From Spironucleus salmonicida (lineage: Eukaryota), in contig NC_090598.1 in the NCBI RefSeq assembly GCF_000497125.1, forward strand, positions 1,426,001-1,490,000: a stretch of DNA of 64,000 bases. Reading direction: 5' to 3'. The notes under the pieces are model-generated. The model saw only the letters and a program-made list of their open reading frames with translations, had not been told where the DNA came from and searched no databases. Of this stretch, positions 14,352 to 36,209 are shown piece by piece; within the stretch, counting starts at the first letter, position 1, and every line of letters begins with the position of its first letter. A program made the translations under genes and the position numbers.

Positions 14352-15038
14352 TCAGTTCTTACCTTTTTCTTTCCTCAGTAATTTCATCTATTTCTTAATG
14401 GCACTATTTTCTACAACAACAGTATATTTAAAATCTGAGTCGCGGATATAGACAACTAATTTGCGTTCACCAAATTTTGAGCAAGAAAATGTAGCAACGA
14501 TCATTGCGACAAAAAATTATAGAAGAAAGCTATAACCTCCACAATATAATAATATTGTGTTGAGAGTTGAGTTACTTTGTAAGTTTTTCACAAAATTATT
14601 ATTTAATAATGTTTTTAATACTTCTTAAAGCTAATTTATTTAATCCACTGATCCAATAAGAATTTATAAATAGTGAAAAGATTCTTCCAAATGAGTTATA
14701 AAATAAAGAATTCCAGAGAAAAATGAAAGAAGAAATGTAATGAAATGTAATATAGATCCAAAATTGAAAAACTTCAAATTTCTACGTTACCTAATCTACC
14801 CTACTATAAATAAAAATAGTAATGAACATGGTAATGACATTATTGTTATTGCTGTAATAGCAGAAGGAGGCATTTATGCTTGATCATTAAATAAATATTC
14901 GAAGGCTGGGAACCAATCTTATAATGCCAAAACATAAATCAATAATGATGTAGAAAGAATAATCATACATGGAAAGGCTCCAACTCTATCTAAAGAGGGT
15001 ATCATTAAAGTAACACGTGTATAAACTGGGTGACTCAT
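14352..15038 (-). CDS. Multi-pass membrane protein (228 aa)
   Basis: Code-6 frame MSHPVYTRVTLMIP... with several hydrophobic stretches. Confidence 0.55.
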
Positions 15039-15263
15039 TTATAAAGATTGAACTAATTATAATGAACAAATATTAATATATACTTGGTAATATTTAGTTT
15101 TTAGTTTTTAAATATTATTAACATAATAAAATTGATTTTAATATACTAAAAATCCAATTATATTTCATCATAATTAAATAATATACTAGATTTACATAAA
15201 TTTATATAATTATACATAATATTTATTTCTGCGATTAACTTATTATTAGTGTTTAGAATCACT

Positions 15264-18200
15264 TCAAAATACAAACTTCAGTTAAATACCTTCATCTCTG
15301 GTATAATCACCATTAATAGCACGCTAAATGTTATCAGAAAAGCTAGATATATCAGATATTTATCTTCCAGATAATCCTGCTAGTATTGCTATTTTTTCAT
15401 ACTAATCTGCATATGTTAGCAAATAATTTTCTAATACTTAAAGTAGTTATATATTTAATTCACCTATATTAAAATACGTCAATATTGTAGTTAATATGTT
15501 AACGAATGGTTCAATGCTAGCTTCATCTATATGTTCATTATTTAATATAAATTAATTAATAATATTAACTGAAAATATAGGTAATAGAGATATGATTGGG
15601 CACACCATCTAAATTACACCATTAAATAACTATTTGTTTAATGTTAAGGATCCTTTGGACTAAGAAAAAAAAATAATTTATAAAAAAATTTAATCAAAAG
15701 AATAATTCTAGAATAATACTTAACAAAGAGCAAGAAACTAAATAGATTTTAAACACTCATATTCAATCTTTGACACTAAATAATCCATACTTTCCTATTG
15801 CAACTAAAAATTAAAGCCGGAATATTAACTTATGTCGATTTGATCTATTAAGCAAAAACTATAAATATAATCTAATTCTTTTTTACTAACAATTTAAACT
15901 TTCTATAAAAATTTGTCTAAAGGTAGTGTAAATAAATCTCCAAATTAAAACTATATAAAATCTTAAATAATATATTCATTTTCTTTATTTGTTGTCTTAC
16001 ATAATTATAATTCTGTTTTTAAATCATCTGAAATCTTACAAATTGGTAATATATGTTTCAAAAGATTAGATGAATTTTAATATTCAACTATATTTAATGT
16101 AAGTTTTTCAATATTTTATTCTAAACCAGTATTAGATTATATAAGCTTTTAAAGCACTATAAATAATTATAAATCATCAAGATGTATATTAAATCTTAAA
16201 ATATGATATATTTAATCAATTTATTACTTATTACTTATTAAATTTACCGAATCTTCATCAGCGTTTGTTAAAAAGGCATAAAGCAAGACAATATCTGTAA
16301 TCTTATCTAAATACTTTAATATTTACTTTTATTATAGAATAAAAATATTCGGTTGTAATATTTTTCCTAAATAAGTAATTATTATATAATAAATATTTAA
16401 ATCCTAGGATTTTATAAGACAGGGCTAGTTCATATTTTGGCTTATTTGAATTAAACCTGCTTTTACTACAAAAATTTCATTTTAAAGCTGGCATTAAATT
16501 TAAGCTAACGAAAGGTCAACTATTCGTTAATAATTTTTACTAATAATATCTTTATTAACAATAAGGTAATAATTAATAATAAGACTCAGCTAATAAAATA
16601 AAAAAGTATAAACATCAAAACTTATTAAACAAATTATTTCTATATAATCTAACTATTTTACACTCTAAAAAGTACTTTGTTAATATATTTCTAAAATTCT
16701 TAATAAAATATCAAAAAATATAACTTAATAATCGAACGTCTGCTCTTTAAATTCAAGCAGACTTTTCATAAATTTATTTAATAATTCACCATAATTATAT
16801 TTTTATATATGTATTTATACTAATTAAGGATTGCCCTTTTGGTTAAGAAAATTAACTTAATTTACAAAATATGTTTAAAAACCATAAGATAAATTCTTAG
16901 TAAAATATTTCAAATATTTTGGTAGATATTGTACGTTGCTAAAAAATGATCCATAAAATTCTTTATCAGATATACCACATATGTAATTTCTAGAGTGTTA
17001 TTTAATGATAAAGTCCGCAGTCTTATGCAAAAATAGTTACTCTAAATCATTTATTTCCAAAACACTATCTTACTAACATCTAACATCAAATGTATAACGG
17101 TTTTATAGTTAAATCCATAGTAAATTTGATTAAATCTCCTTTCCGAATTAAATAGTATTATTGCTATATGATTGATTAGTAAACGAATATAAAATTTGAT
17201 AAATACTCTTTTATAGAATTGATGATAATTGATTGCCTTAATATTAATATTTTAAATTAGCATAGTAGCTATTTGAAGGCAGAATAAGTTAGTTTTATAT
17301 TTGTTAAAATTATAGCGGTAGTATAATTTCATATATTATATGTTAAGCATTGTGCAAACCTAAATATTATCCTTAAGCTGCAAACTCATAAAATCCATTA
17401 AATAACCTCATAATTATATTTTTTTTAGTTAAGTTATCAATAAAAGTTGCCTTTTATGAAACTTTCTCTAAAAATAAAGATAATAATTATAGATTATCTT
17501 GAAATAAATGTGAGACTAACAAAATCTACTCAATTTATTCTTGCGTTTAAACATTTTATATAATTTGATAAATTATTTAATTTGAAAAAGGTATACTCTT
17601 GGTATAAACTTACTTAATAAGTATTAATAACTGTCTTAGTATATTAATTTATTAGAACTATATATATTAACTTGTTAAATATACTATAATGCAAAGCATT
17701 CCACTATAATAATTACAAATATCATAAGTTTCTATAATCTATTAAATTGTAGATAAATCAATCTAAATTTTTAATCCTAAAACTTATAGTATAGAAATAA
17801 TGAAATTAATATGAATTATATTTGTCTCGCAATATTATCCTAAATAAAAGTAAATCTAATCTTCTGTAAAAATTAAATTTAAATTAGAAGCATCAAATTT
17901 TGTATTGCATATTAATCCGTTTTACTTGTCAAAAAGCAATTAGAATACTTATTATATTGTAGAATGTGTTATGTTCTGATTCAGTTCCATAATACATTGA
18001 TTAACTGACAATTACTCAGAGCTTAATTAAACTTAGATATTATCTTCTATGTGAGATAGAGTTTAAATAAATACCTTTAATGATAAAAAATTAACTGATC
18101 TTTATAATACATTATTACTTAATATATCTTTTCTTAAATTATCTAAATTATTTAAATAAATTAGCGCTACCATAAAATATGTGAGATGGGGGCTTTCAAA

Positions 18201-20600
18201 GGAGTTACTAAGGGCTAAATTAAAAATTTCATCTGTTATAACTAATTAAATATTTTACTTGGCCTAGAATAAACTTACGAATAAAAATAATGAGTTCAAT
18301 CTGTATTATGATAAATCATTAATTATTTTAATTACAATATAATTGAAATTTGAATCTGTAAAATCTGAAAATCTGGCGTTATATTTTAAAAATACTAATA
18401 TTGAATTAATAATTTCAGTATAAAACTCTTTATTTTAATAAATTTGCGTAGCGTTTGATTCATCTAACAAAAAGATGATGAATGAGAATGTCTATAAAAT
18501 AATTTATATATCCATGGTTCTATTAAATAAAATTATCGTATTACTAGTTTATTATTAGTTCGAAAAAACCAAGCCATCTTTGATTACAAATTATTATCTT
18601 GATAAAGTTGTAGAAGGAATAAAATTAATATAATTAAATTCTTAGGAGCTATATGAATTATCATATTATTCAGTTTCTAACACTGACTAATATTAATACT
18701 ACTTAGAATCTATCAAAGGCAATAGAAAACATTAAATACATTCTTAAATTTAAATTTAAGATTATATATCAAATTTATTGAAAAGACATTAACTTATGGT
18801 AAATTTTATAAAGAGTGTTAAAGCTATACATGCTGAGTATTTACTAAACTATTATAGCAAATTAGATATAACTAGTGCTATATGGAATGGTTTATACTGC
18901 TATGGCTAATAAAATGTTAAATAACTATATAAAAAATCAATATTCTCTGAATATTATACTACTGATAACTTTCTTAGTAAAGGCTATGTTGATTAAAGGT
19001 ACAATTTTTGGATATTATCATCAATTTACTACAAAAATAACAATTACGTCTTGTCTTTATTATTTTTTTCAGATACCATCTAAAATTAAGATAAAAATTC
19101 GTCCTCTTAATTGAAACTGTACAAAAGTTACAATACCTATTATAGTTTTAACTGTTATTAAACTTTTTCAAGAACACTTTCTAAATTAATTCCTTCATTT
19201 AACTAGTTATCATCATGTTGAAATAACAAAAATTATGTATTTAGTTTATAAGGAAGCTTTTCCTAACAATTTACAGTAAAAAACTGCATACTATAGTTCT
19301 GCATTTGAAAAATATCATTTTGAGTAAAATTTGTGACATTAACATCAAACTAAATCTCTTTATTAAAAGTAGATGCTTACATAAACTTGCTTAATATAAT
19401 ATTTTCCTCTTATTGCATCAAGTTATAACACATTTGAGATGTATAAAGCGAAAAATTATAATATTGAACCATGCACCCCAGAACAGCGCCAGTCTGCCTA
19501 GGCATCTCGTTTATTAAGTGAAACAAACACCTAACACACAGCGTGAAGAGGCTTCTACCAATTTAGGAGCAGTTCTCCCTGAGCTTGAAGACGAATTTAA
19601 GGCCAGGAAACTCCCGGTTCATGTTGTTAAGCCCGCGCTCCAACGCTCTATATTCTTCATCTTTTTTCAAGTTTTTGGATCCATATTTCATCTGAAACAC
19701 CTCTAGTTACTCCTTGACTTTCTCCAGCCGCCGAACGCTCAAAACAAGCCCTGGTGGCAGCAGAGCGAACCGCAGCGTCTTGGCAGCGAAGTAGCAGGCA
19801 GCCTTCGCAGCGCACACGAGAACATCGGCCGTTGCCCCTGAAAGTTTCTGTTGGGCAGAAGCAGCTCCCAAAACCAGCAGAACCACTTGCCAAACAGTGT
19901 CAATGACGCCTTTCAGCCGCTCAAACTGCGCAGAAATAAGCGGTTCGCCGCTCTCCACTGGTAGCGGTGGCGGTAAGATCTGCAGGAACTCACCCTACGG
20001 CGCTTCGTCGAAACCGACGAAATTCTGGTAGATTTCTGGCCCAATGAGCTTCAGCAGCAGCACCTGCAGCAGCGCGGAGCTCGCGAACTGGCAAAAGGTC
20101 AGCTTTTGCAGCGAAGCCTGGAAGTGCACCTTTGCTGCCTTGAGCATGAACGAGGCAATATTGGAGCCGAACGAGAACACAAACTGGTCGTCATGCACGA
20201 GCCTTCCCAGCAGGAGGAGCACGAAGTTGATCATCACCTATGATTATGCCGTTGGCATCAGGTCCATCACGTCGTGGAGCGTTGCAACGAGGGGGAATTT
20301 GAAGAAGTTCAGACGGATTCCTGTTATAAGCAGCTTCGCTAACGCAATGGGGATTGCATCTAGTGTGGTAAAGGTATCTATTTGTGTGAAGGATTCGTGT
20401 GCTCGGTGCTGGTCTACTTTTATATAATAGTACGAAGCTAGCACGTTGAAGAGCTATTCCAGATTTAGGTGCTATTTTATTAGTTTTCGATCATCTGTTG
20501 AAATATAGTATTCTAAGAGCTCAAGGAATGAAATTATATCTTAGTGTGGTGTGTTAATTGTTATTTTGTTGATGAGACCTATGATGACTTGTGTGTTCAT
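15264..20600 (-). CDS. Large hypothetical protein (~1778 aa)
   Basis: ORF-track fragments 19707-19958, 19995-20237 and 20244-20444 share one frame, joined by TAR codons. The frame stays open through 18.5 kb, with an in-frame TGA at 15264. Confidence 0.6.
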
Positions 20601-21881
20601 TTATTTAGTTTGGATATATATAATAATATATTATAAAACAACGTTATAGAATGATTAGGTAGGTTTAATTTTTTGTTGATCATATTTAATGTGTGATATT
20701 TAATAGTGGTCTAAGCTGTTATAATATGTACGAAAATAGTGAAATAATTGTTTTATATATAGAAGGTAAGTATTTATCACAAGGATAAAAACTACGTTTT
20801 TAACGCTAAAACTTGATTCTAGACAAAATAAATACTATAAATTCACACTCTACGCTATAAGATAATATACGACTCATTATCAGGAGACTCTTTTGCAATT
20901 ACAAACTTATTTTATTTCCAAAACTAAATTCCTTTATGATTATCAACATCTACCGTAAGAGCAATATACCTAATTGCCAAAAATTATGCAACACCAATGA
21001 TTATTTCTAACTGTTTAGTTCCAAAACTTTATCCTTAAAATTATTTCATTACATGAAATTCATATATGTATAACCTCTTTGAGCCATACTCTGCAATTAA
21101 TCTAAACGAAATAAAAGCTTATAGCGAATAAAGAATGAAAGAATTCTTTGAATAAATAAACTTTTTGAATTCACCATATGATACTTTTTTAAATTCTGAT
21201 ACATTGGCATATCCATATTAAATGACTTCATGAATTTAATCACATTTAAAGGAATTTATAATAATATAGTCAGAATCTTAAATCTTATAGGTTACTAGTT
21301 TTTAATACAACGATACTAAATATTTCATTAAAATGTTAAACTAAAATATATAGTATAATTAATAAATATGTAATGTAGTGAAAATAATGAAAATTAACTT
21401 TAACAGCTTCTTGTTTCTAATTAGTTCATTTTAGATATCTTAGATTAAATAATCTTGAATATTACATTTAATATTAAATAATTTAAGAAACTTTAATTAA
21501 AATATTAGTCTTATCCATTTATTTAATCATTTGTGTGTTAATCTGCAACTTATACTCAAATAAAAACTTAATTACAGTTAGTGCACAGTGTTTATCTATA
21601 AAATACGGAAGAGTCTATTAAATCTACAAAGTCATTAATCAGTTAATATAGCTCGTTTCGTAAAATGCTAAACGTGTAGTCGATATCTATTTAGGAATAT
21701 AATAGCTTAATAAAAGATGCATAGATCAAGACTGATACATTAGTTGAGGTATTATAATCTTACTAGTAACAATTTTCATTTTAAATAAAATAAACTTTAC
21801 TTACACATTCATTATAACTTTATAACTAATATAATTAATCATTTTCATTATTAAGTGATTGAAATATACTTAAATTAAATA

Positions 21882-24800
21882 TCATTTAAACCATTCTTAT
21901 GGCCAGATTACTGCAATACTATTAGTCCTTATTTAATCTAGTCTAAATTTAGCACGCCCAGTAAGTTTTGCACTCAATTAATCACATACTTAATTAAAAT
22001 TTTGCCATCCATCTTCTGTTAATTTTGATGCTGTCTATTGCATAATATCGAGTAAGTTTAAAACCAATAAATCCCCTAAATCGTTATTTTTATAAACAGA
22101 ATTACCAAAGCTCTCAAGTAATGGTATAATCTCTTCGATAGTCTTACTTATTTAAAGATATAAGATGTAATAAGTTAATACCAGCTCTGTTTTGATAATA
22201 ATTGCATTTCTAGAAGCTAATAATGGCTTTTTCAAATATTATACTATGCTAATTATGCATTCTGATGTCAAATCGGTTAAATCTATGATGAATTTTTTCT
22301 TTCTACAAAAATCAGCTAATTTTGTACGATTATTCATTATTTTATCTTGAAAACCTATCTTCAATTGTACTAACAATGTTCTAATAATAGGTAAAAATAA
22401 ATCTGGCTATTATTTGTAGAAATCAATTCTACCTATTTATTAGAACCAAAAATTAGGATCTTCCATTATAAATTATTCAATAAGATCAGATGCTGGTTTT
22501 ACTACCGCAGCTGGTCCATTTAATGAATCTATAGCAATTTATTAAAGTTCCTAAACGGGTCCTAATACTTTACAAGCTAAAATACCAATTTTAAGTGCAT
22601 ACTATGCGGCTAAATCTTTTAATATAAAAATATCTTAATACATTGACTTTGACTATATAAAACGAGTCATAACAGTTTTAGCTAGTTCTGTATATTTTTC
22701 TACAATTTCTATACTAAAAATTTCTCCTTAAATAAGACCTATTGAGAGATTATCTCCAAGAAGAATGAAATTATCTTGATCTTACTAAAACTATTAGTTA
22801 GAGTATATAGATGGAATACAAGGGCCTAATTCTATGAATTTTTATAGAGAATTGTAAATGACTTAAGTCATTTCCGTTCTTAAATATTTAAATATCTTGA
22901 TAGCAAATTTATTTATTTCTGGATTTTGTTAATTTATTGAAGAAATTTAATAAGGATCTTTAATAAGTGATATAATACTATACCAAATTCCTTTAGTCTT
23001 CTTATTTTCTAGTTAATAAAATAAGAACTCTCGAATTTACTTATTCCATGGACTATTCAGATATATTACTGCTAAATTAATAATCTTTGTGACATATTAA
23101 TAAAAGTTTTCATCTACATGTTCGTAAAAGTTCATAACATCTTTGTGTTCTTAAATTTACGGCAAACATGGTGGTCTTATTCCAAATATAGTATTAGCTA
23201 AGCTGAACAATATTGATTCTAATGCCTGAATTTATTTTTAAGTTATCAAAATGGTGTAAGACTAAAAACTTTCTGAGCATAATTTTATTATTACATCTAT
23301 TCCATGAAAACACTTGGCATAATACTTATGATTAACATAGATTGACGTGATAGCGAAGCTTCTAATTGAAGTTAAATTTAAATCAAAGAAAAATTAAAAG
23401 TATGTAACAAGCTATGCAATAGCTTGTAACAAAAATTTATTTTTATATTTAATTCCAGCTCTTTATATCATTTCATCTAATTTAGATTCGAATTTTACAT
23501 CCTAAATTTGTAAAATTCTAAATAATTTCGTATTTCCAGCATTCATTGGATTTTTAAGTATTGGTTCTAAAAACTCATCTGTCATTAATATTGATGAAAG
23601 AAGTATTGCAACACATGCTAATAAAGAGTCATCTTGTGCAGGAAATTACTACAAATTTAAAATTCTATAAATATTTTGTGTGATAAATGATTCTGTTCGT
23701 TTAGTTTTTCTATTATTTATAATAAACTTCTAATTTACAATATCAAATACAGAGAAATGTTCTAGCAGCAAACATTGCTGTAGAGCATGTAATATATTTC
23801 TAGTTGATGAAATATCATGCATTACTCTTGGAAAATCAAAATACGATGGGGTGATTTAATTAAAATCTATAAATTTTGCCAGTCTAAGATCTGTTAATAA
23901 TACCATCGCTTAGCTAGCTCTAAAAGTGCAATTATCAAATAATTTATTTATTAGAGAGCCTCCTATTTATTTTAATTGTGTGACAAAATTATCCTCATGC
24001 GTTGCCATGAATATATTTAATGAAACAGTTAAGAAGTCAGTATAATTAATCACCGAGAAAATATTAAATATAAGTAATTCCTATTCCAATAACATAATCG
24101 TAAGTTAAATATTATTTTAGCAAAAATTATAATAAACAATACATTTACTTAAATGCTATATTATTTACTTTTTATCTAACTAGTTGAGATCAATATTCCG
24201 CAACTTAGTATCAATCTCAGATATAAATTCATTATGTGTATGAATTAAATTTACTCCAAAGAGAACTTAATACTAATCTACTGTGAACGCACCTACCTAA
24301 ATGAAATGATATATTATCGTAATAAATTCACAATACAGAGTTAATCCAGTAAGTGTTTAAAGATATAACTTATGTGTGATAAATAATTAAAATAATTCTT
24401 AGAATGGTTATAATTTGTTAGTTTAAAATAATTAAATAAGCTAACTTCTTTAGTCAAAAAGCAAAACAGTCATACATGCCATAATCCTGTCTAAAATATC
24501 TGGTTAAATTAGCTCATCAGAATTAATACGAGAATCATTCGCTATATTTAATTTCTTTGACTATGCACATTTAATGATTTCAACTATATGAACTAATAAT
24601 TTGAATAAATTTTATTAATCTTAGTAAATATCTTATAATCTATCAATATTATCCTTTAAAATAATTTCTAATTATTACAAAAATTGCTCAACTTTTAGTG
24701 ATAATAATTTTTAAATATTTAGTTGTTTGATAAGTTGCACATCTTTTTATATATCAATAGCTATTAATGGTTATAACTTAAACTATTATTTATTTCTACC

Positions 24801-26063
24801 TATAATAATAGCTGATACCTATCCTGCCCACGTACTAATAAATAAATCGTGATTAAACTTGTTACCTTATACAGAATTTTTTAATTATTAATAGTACTCA
24901 TCAGTTTAATTAACCAAATATTTCAATTATGATTACTTTTTTATTTATTTTACAGTCATATCTGCTCCCTAAGAAAATTCTTAATCCGAATTAGCAGCAT
25001 CTTTTTAATCTTATGCAGATTGTAGTAATTGTTTTTATTTCTATAAAGCCATTAAAATATTGGCGTCATTATTCTGTGTATGTATTACAGCTTCACTTTC
25101 TACTATAACTTTACCTTTTTTATCGAATTATAAATTAATATAGTCTTCACCAAAGACTTTATCTTTACATAATTATATAAGTAAAAGTACATAAGACGGT
25201 TGATTTTATTCTTTAATTAATAATTACTCTCCAAATGTATTAAAAAATCTAAATTTTTATAAATCTGACCATGAACCTCGCTAAAATGGAACTGGTTATA
25301 AGAGCATAAATATAAGTTCATAAAATTCTTATGGTAATTATTACTGAGAATCCAAAGGTGGAATATTTTACTTGAGATGCTCTTTACCAACACTCAAAAC
25401 TTTCTATGCATACTATACATAGTCTCCCTCGTCTAAATCTTAAAATGGAAAGCGATTAAAAGCTAAGAAATATAGAGAGCATCCTAATGAATAGAAATCT
25501 GAAGCATAAGAATAAATACCATCTTTAAGTAAAGTTTCAGGGGCTCTATGCATATAACCACATTTACGTATTGATCTTTCTATATCATCGGTATCCAGAG
25601 GCTTACTTTTTGATATAGTACATGCTGATTCGAATTCAAATAATTTCAATACTCCATTCTGGTTAAGTAAAATATTTTATGGACATAAGTCATTATACAG
25701 AATTTGATTTTAATGTAAATAAGATAATGCATCTCTTAGATCTGCAGAAAATATTGCAATCGAGTTTATTGGTAAAACTTTATCTTTTAAAATAAGCTTT
25801 TGCAACGTATATGGTTAGCAGAGCTCTGTAACTAGAGTGACACCGGTATTAGTTTAAAAATACGAAATAATACTTATTATATTCGGATGCTACAATTAAT
25901 TTAATATGTGCACCTAATGTTTTATGGACTATGCTACTACTGGAACTGATGTATTGAACTCATGAGCTGCTTGAAATACAAGTGATCCATGTTAACGTAC
26001 CCGAAATATTTTAGAGCCTGAATTTCCTATCCCTAATTCCTCATAGATTTTATAGTTCTGCAT
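21882..26063 (-). CDS. ULK4: ULK4/RUNKEL-like pseudokinase with long helical (HEAT/ARM-like) C-terminus
   Basis: MQNYKIYEELGIG..., HPNII, DLRDALSYLH, ILYNDLCPQNILL (no HRD), KLFEFE (no DFG), RAPE, SDFYSLG. About 1393 aa. Confidence 0.7.
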
Positions 26064-26122
26064 TTTTAAAATTCAGATAATTATATTGAAACACTATAAT
26101 TAATTCCCTTTCAAATTTTAAA

Positions 26123-28978
26123 ATGGATTTATCAAAATATCAGACTAAATAGCAAAATCATCAATTCCCATCTGTATCAGAATTATTTTAAGATATTGAA
26201 TCGATAAATAACTATCTAGTGTAGGCATTCAGATCTTAAGATGGACCTGTTTTATAATCTTTATCAAGAGATTTTTTAAGACTAAAAACTTAATTTTAAG
26301 CATTATAAAGGATTAAACATATCAATGGTACCTATGAAGAATTATTTGTTAAAAATGGTAGAGCAGCACTTCAAGCTTTATTGAAAAATTGTATATTTGA
26401 TATATGGAACGATGTCACAGAAGCAGCATACTTAAACTTTTGTGTTGAGTACTATTAGAGATGTGATAAATCTTTACTTATGAATAAATATCGTCAGATC
26501 GACACAAACTAAGAATTTAGATTTTTCTTTTAATCTGATAATGGTATCGATGCTAATTTAAGTTTGTTTATTACAATATCTTTATTATAACTTAACGATA
26601 ATAATGATATTGAAATGTTTTTAGAAGGGTAGTATAGAGAAATTTCTCCAAAAAAGAGTAATATTGATATTAAAAATACACAACTTGAGTCAAAAAGTGA
26701 CTTAAGATTTTAATAAATTTAATCTAGTTCCGCACCTAAATAATCTAGCTAAATATATAGCCAGATTCAAAATAGACTTAATTCTTCTTAGAATTAATAG
26801 GATTAAACATATTTATAAAAATAGTTAGATATGCTAAGAGAAGAGCAGTAATAAATAGTTATATCTGCTACAGAAAAAATTGACAAATATAAATAAAAAT
26901 TAGGATAATATAGATCTCTTGAGAAAGAATTATCTAGTAAATTAGGTATTACTGAGACATAAAATGCAGTTCTTAAAGAAGAATTAGCAGGTAAAAATTA
27001 AAGAATATCGTAATTATAGAACAATTTAAATGAAATTGAAAGTAATTTTTAAATGAAATAATAAAATAATTTTTAAATAACATCAGACTATGAAAGATTA
27101 AAATCAGAAAATGAAAGATATATGGTAGACGTAAAAATATACTAAGAGAGAGCTGAATCAGCATAGCATTAACTGAAGGAATGTTCATAAGAACTACAGT
27201 CACTAAGACCATTATTACTGAAATCCTAATCGGAGGCTTCTATATCATAACATTTAAGGTAGAAACTTGTGGAAATGAATAATGAAAATGCTGACTTAGT
27301 GTAAAAATATAACTCTATTGTTGAGCAAGTTAAATAGCTTATCTAATAGTAAAAACTTATTTAGTAAGATAAATAAATTGCTGAGTAACAGGTTAGTAAT
27401 TTTTTGAATGATTAAAAATAGTCTTCGTAAATTCTGTAATAAAATAGTGAATATTAAAATCAAATAATTATCCTTTAAGGATAAGTTTAAAGCCTTAAGG
27501 AATAGTTATAGGTTACTAAAAATAAGTTATCTTAGTAAGATTATACTACTGAGATCTAAGAAAAATCCGAATAGTTATCATAAAAACTTACAGAAAATCT
27601 GAAATTAAAAGAAAGAGTAGCAGTATTTGAGGCTTAAATTCAAAGTAAATAAATAGAAATCTAGGAGTTAACATATAATGATAATTAGAAATAGTAATCA
27701 ATGATATAAGAGATATAGTCATTATAACAAAAACTTTAAGATATTTAAAATGATATTGAATCGACCTAATTCTACAAAACTTAAATTTCTCAAATGAAAA
27801 CTGAAATTTCATCATTTTAAAGTTAAGTTTAATAAAAGAGTTAATTACTTGACGATAAAAACGAAGACATAGGTAAGTTGAAATTATAAATTTAAGCCCT
27901 AACCGCAGATGCTGCTATGTAATCTAAAGCATCTGAACTCTAGGATATAATACGTAAATTGAAAGAATAAATTAATTAATTGGAAAATGAGAACACAGAC
28001 ATATAAAAAGCCACTAGAAAATTAGAAATAGAAGTCATCTCTTCTAAGGGTATTATTGAATAATACGAGTAACTTAAGACAGAATATACTGAAAAATGTG
28101 CATAGGTCAATAAGTAATAATCATAAATTTAAGAATTGAAACAATAATCCGACTAAAAAACTTCTGATATTGAATTGTTAACAAAACAACTTGATTTAGG
28201 GAAAGAGTAACTTTAATAACTTACAGAATAATTTAATGCAATATAAGAGTCTTAGGAGACTGATTTACTTACATCTACTAATGCTTCTGCTATGGAGTAG
28301 CAACTACAAGAAAAAGATGATATCATAAGAGATTTAAGAGATGTAGCGTCCTAGTATTAAAATCAGGCCCATGCTCTCTAAGATCAGTTAAATAATTCGG
28401 TTTCACATGATCGAGTAACTTAACTTCTGGAGTAAACTGAAAAATTAACATTCAAAATAAAAGATTTAGAGTCTGAAAACTCAGAATTAAAGAAAAACTC
28501 TTAAGATACCGATTATTTTGGGCATTCGCTTAATCCGACATAAAGAGAAATATAACTTGAAAAAGAAAATAAATCACTTAAAAATTAACTTGAGACCTAC
28601 GAATTTTCAGGACTGCAAGCAACATAAAATTCCTGCTTTAATTGTAGTTAGCTAAAATAGCAAATAGAAATGAAAACACACGAAATTGAAAATATTAAAG
28701 ACGAATTGGACTCCACAGCATAAGAACTCGAAATGTTGAGAGATTTCAGACTCAAAGAACTAGAGAATGAAATCGCATCACTTAAAATGAATAGTAAATC
28801 TGGAGGAGATGATATGATTAGATTAAAGCTCTAGCATTTAGTAGAAGATGAAATTGACGGTTTAGGCGGCCTAGATTACCTTGATGACGAATTTATGACT
28901 TACCAAGGCGACAAACCAAAGAAAAATTAAGAAGTTGAGAGAATTAAAAACAAAATTAAAGCGCTAATTGATATGTGA
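26123..28978 (+). CDS. Long coiled-coil protein (951 aa)
   Basis: Code-6 frame strongly enriched in Q/E/K/L heptad-like sequence. Confidence 0.65.
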
Positions 28979-29003
28979 TAACTTTTAAATTGTATAAAAT
29001 ACG

Positions 29004-34418
<5,415 letters not shown>

Positions 34419-34472
34419 AATTTGACAAACTAACTTAATTATATATGTATAATAAATATTATTAATATTGAA

Positions 34473-35231
<759 letters not shown>

Positions 35232-35257
35232 TAATAACAGTGTCAACTTTATTGTTA

Positions 35258-36184
35258 ATGAGATCAAAACATAATTTAAATAAGTAAAACCTAAGTAATA
35301 TTGAAGATAAAATAAACAATCCAGAGGCTGTATTGTTTTTAGATGTCTCGAGTAATAACATAACTAGTCTATAATAATTTAGCAATTTTATTTCAATCTA
35401 AGAACTTAAATTATCATACAATTTTGTTTTTGATCTATAATAAGTGACTTACTTATCAAATTTGCGAAATTTAAAATAATTAGATCTCACATTCAATCCT
35501 GTCTCTTAGAATACTGAATTTCGACTATTTTGCATAAGATTAATTCCAACATTAACAATGCTTAATATGAAACCTGTCACATCAGAAGAGTAAATCTAAT
35601 CTTCGTGTTATTAATTTTAAACACCTATACAATTTCCAGTTAGTCTAGACACACTAAGTCAACCTACTGAATTATTAAAAAATGAGACTTAATAAGAATC
35701 ACCTAAAACTTTAATTCCTAAAATGTAAGATGGTTAAAATATTTCTATTATTCAACAAATTAAAGATTTGTAAGAAGTAGAAGATTCTGATTCTACTTAT
35801 GACTTCCAGTCTTAATAATCTTAAACTTAAATGGTTCCAACTTTAAATCCAAAAGATTAAGTAGCTAAAGATAATACAATATAATAAAGCACATCTTTTC
35901 AAACTATGAGGAAATCTAGTTAGTAAACACGGTAATTACCTACTTTATCAGCCCCATCTATGTAAAAAGGTGGAATGCCTAAATAGGCTAATCCTTTAAC
36001 ACCAAAAAAGGAGAACAAACCGCCAATTAATCCCATTAAGAAGCCTGATATCAAAAAATCTGCTGAAAAATCAGAATTATAGTAAAAATTAATGTAGGCG
36101 ATTATGCCAATGTTAGATCTTTTGGATATACCACATTTAACACTGTTATAAGAAAATATTAATTAAAGAAGATAAAAAAAATGA
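35258..36184 (+). CDS. Leucine-rich-repeat protein, CFAP410/C21orf2-like
   Basis: LDVSSNNITSL, LKLSYNFV, LDLTFNPV and an LRRcap-like FRLFCIRLIPTLTMLN. The C-terminal LMQAIMPMLDLLDIPHL resembles the CFAP410 terminal helix motif. Confidence 0.65.
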
Positions 36185-36209
36185 TTATAAAAAATTATAT
36201 TATTTATCA

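Noticed and set aside
18653-19114. Plus-strand ORF
   Set aside because: Shadow frame of the large minus-strand gene 15264-20600.
20620-21860. Possible gene(s) between the large ORF and ULK4
   Set aside because: I could not establish a convincing start-to-stop frame by eye.
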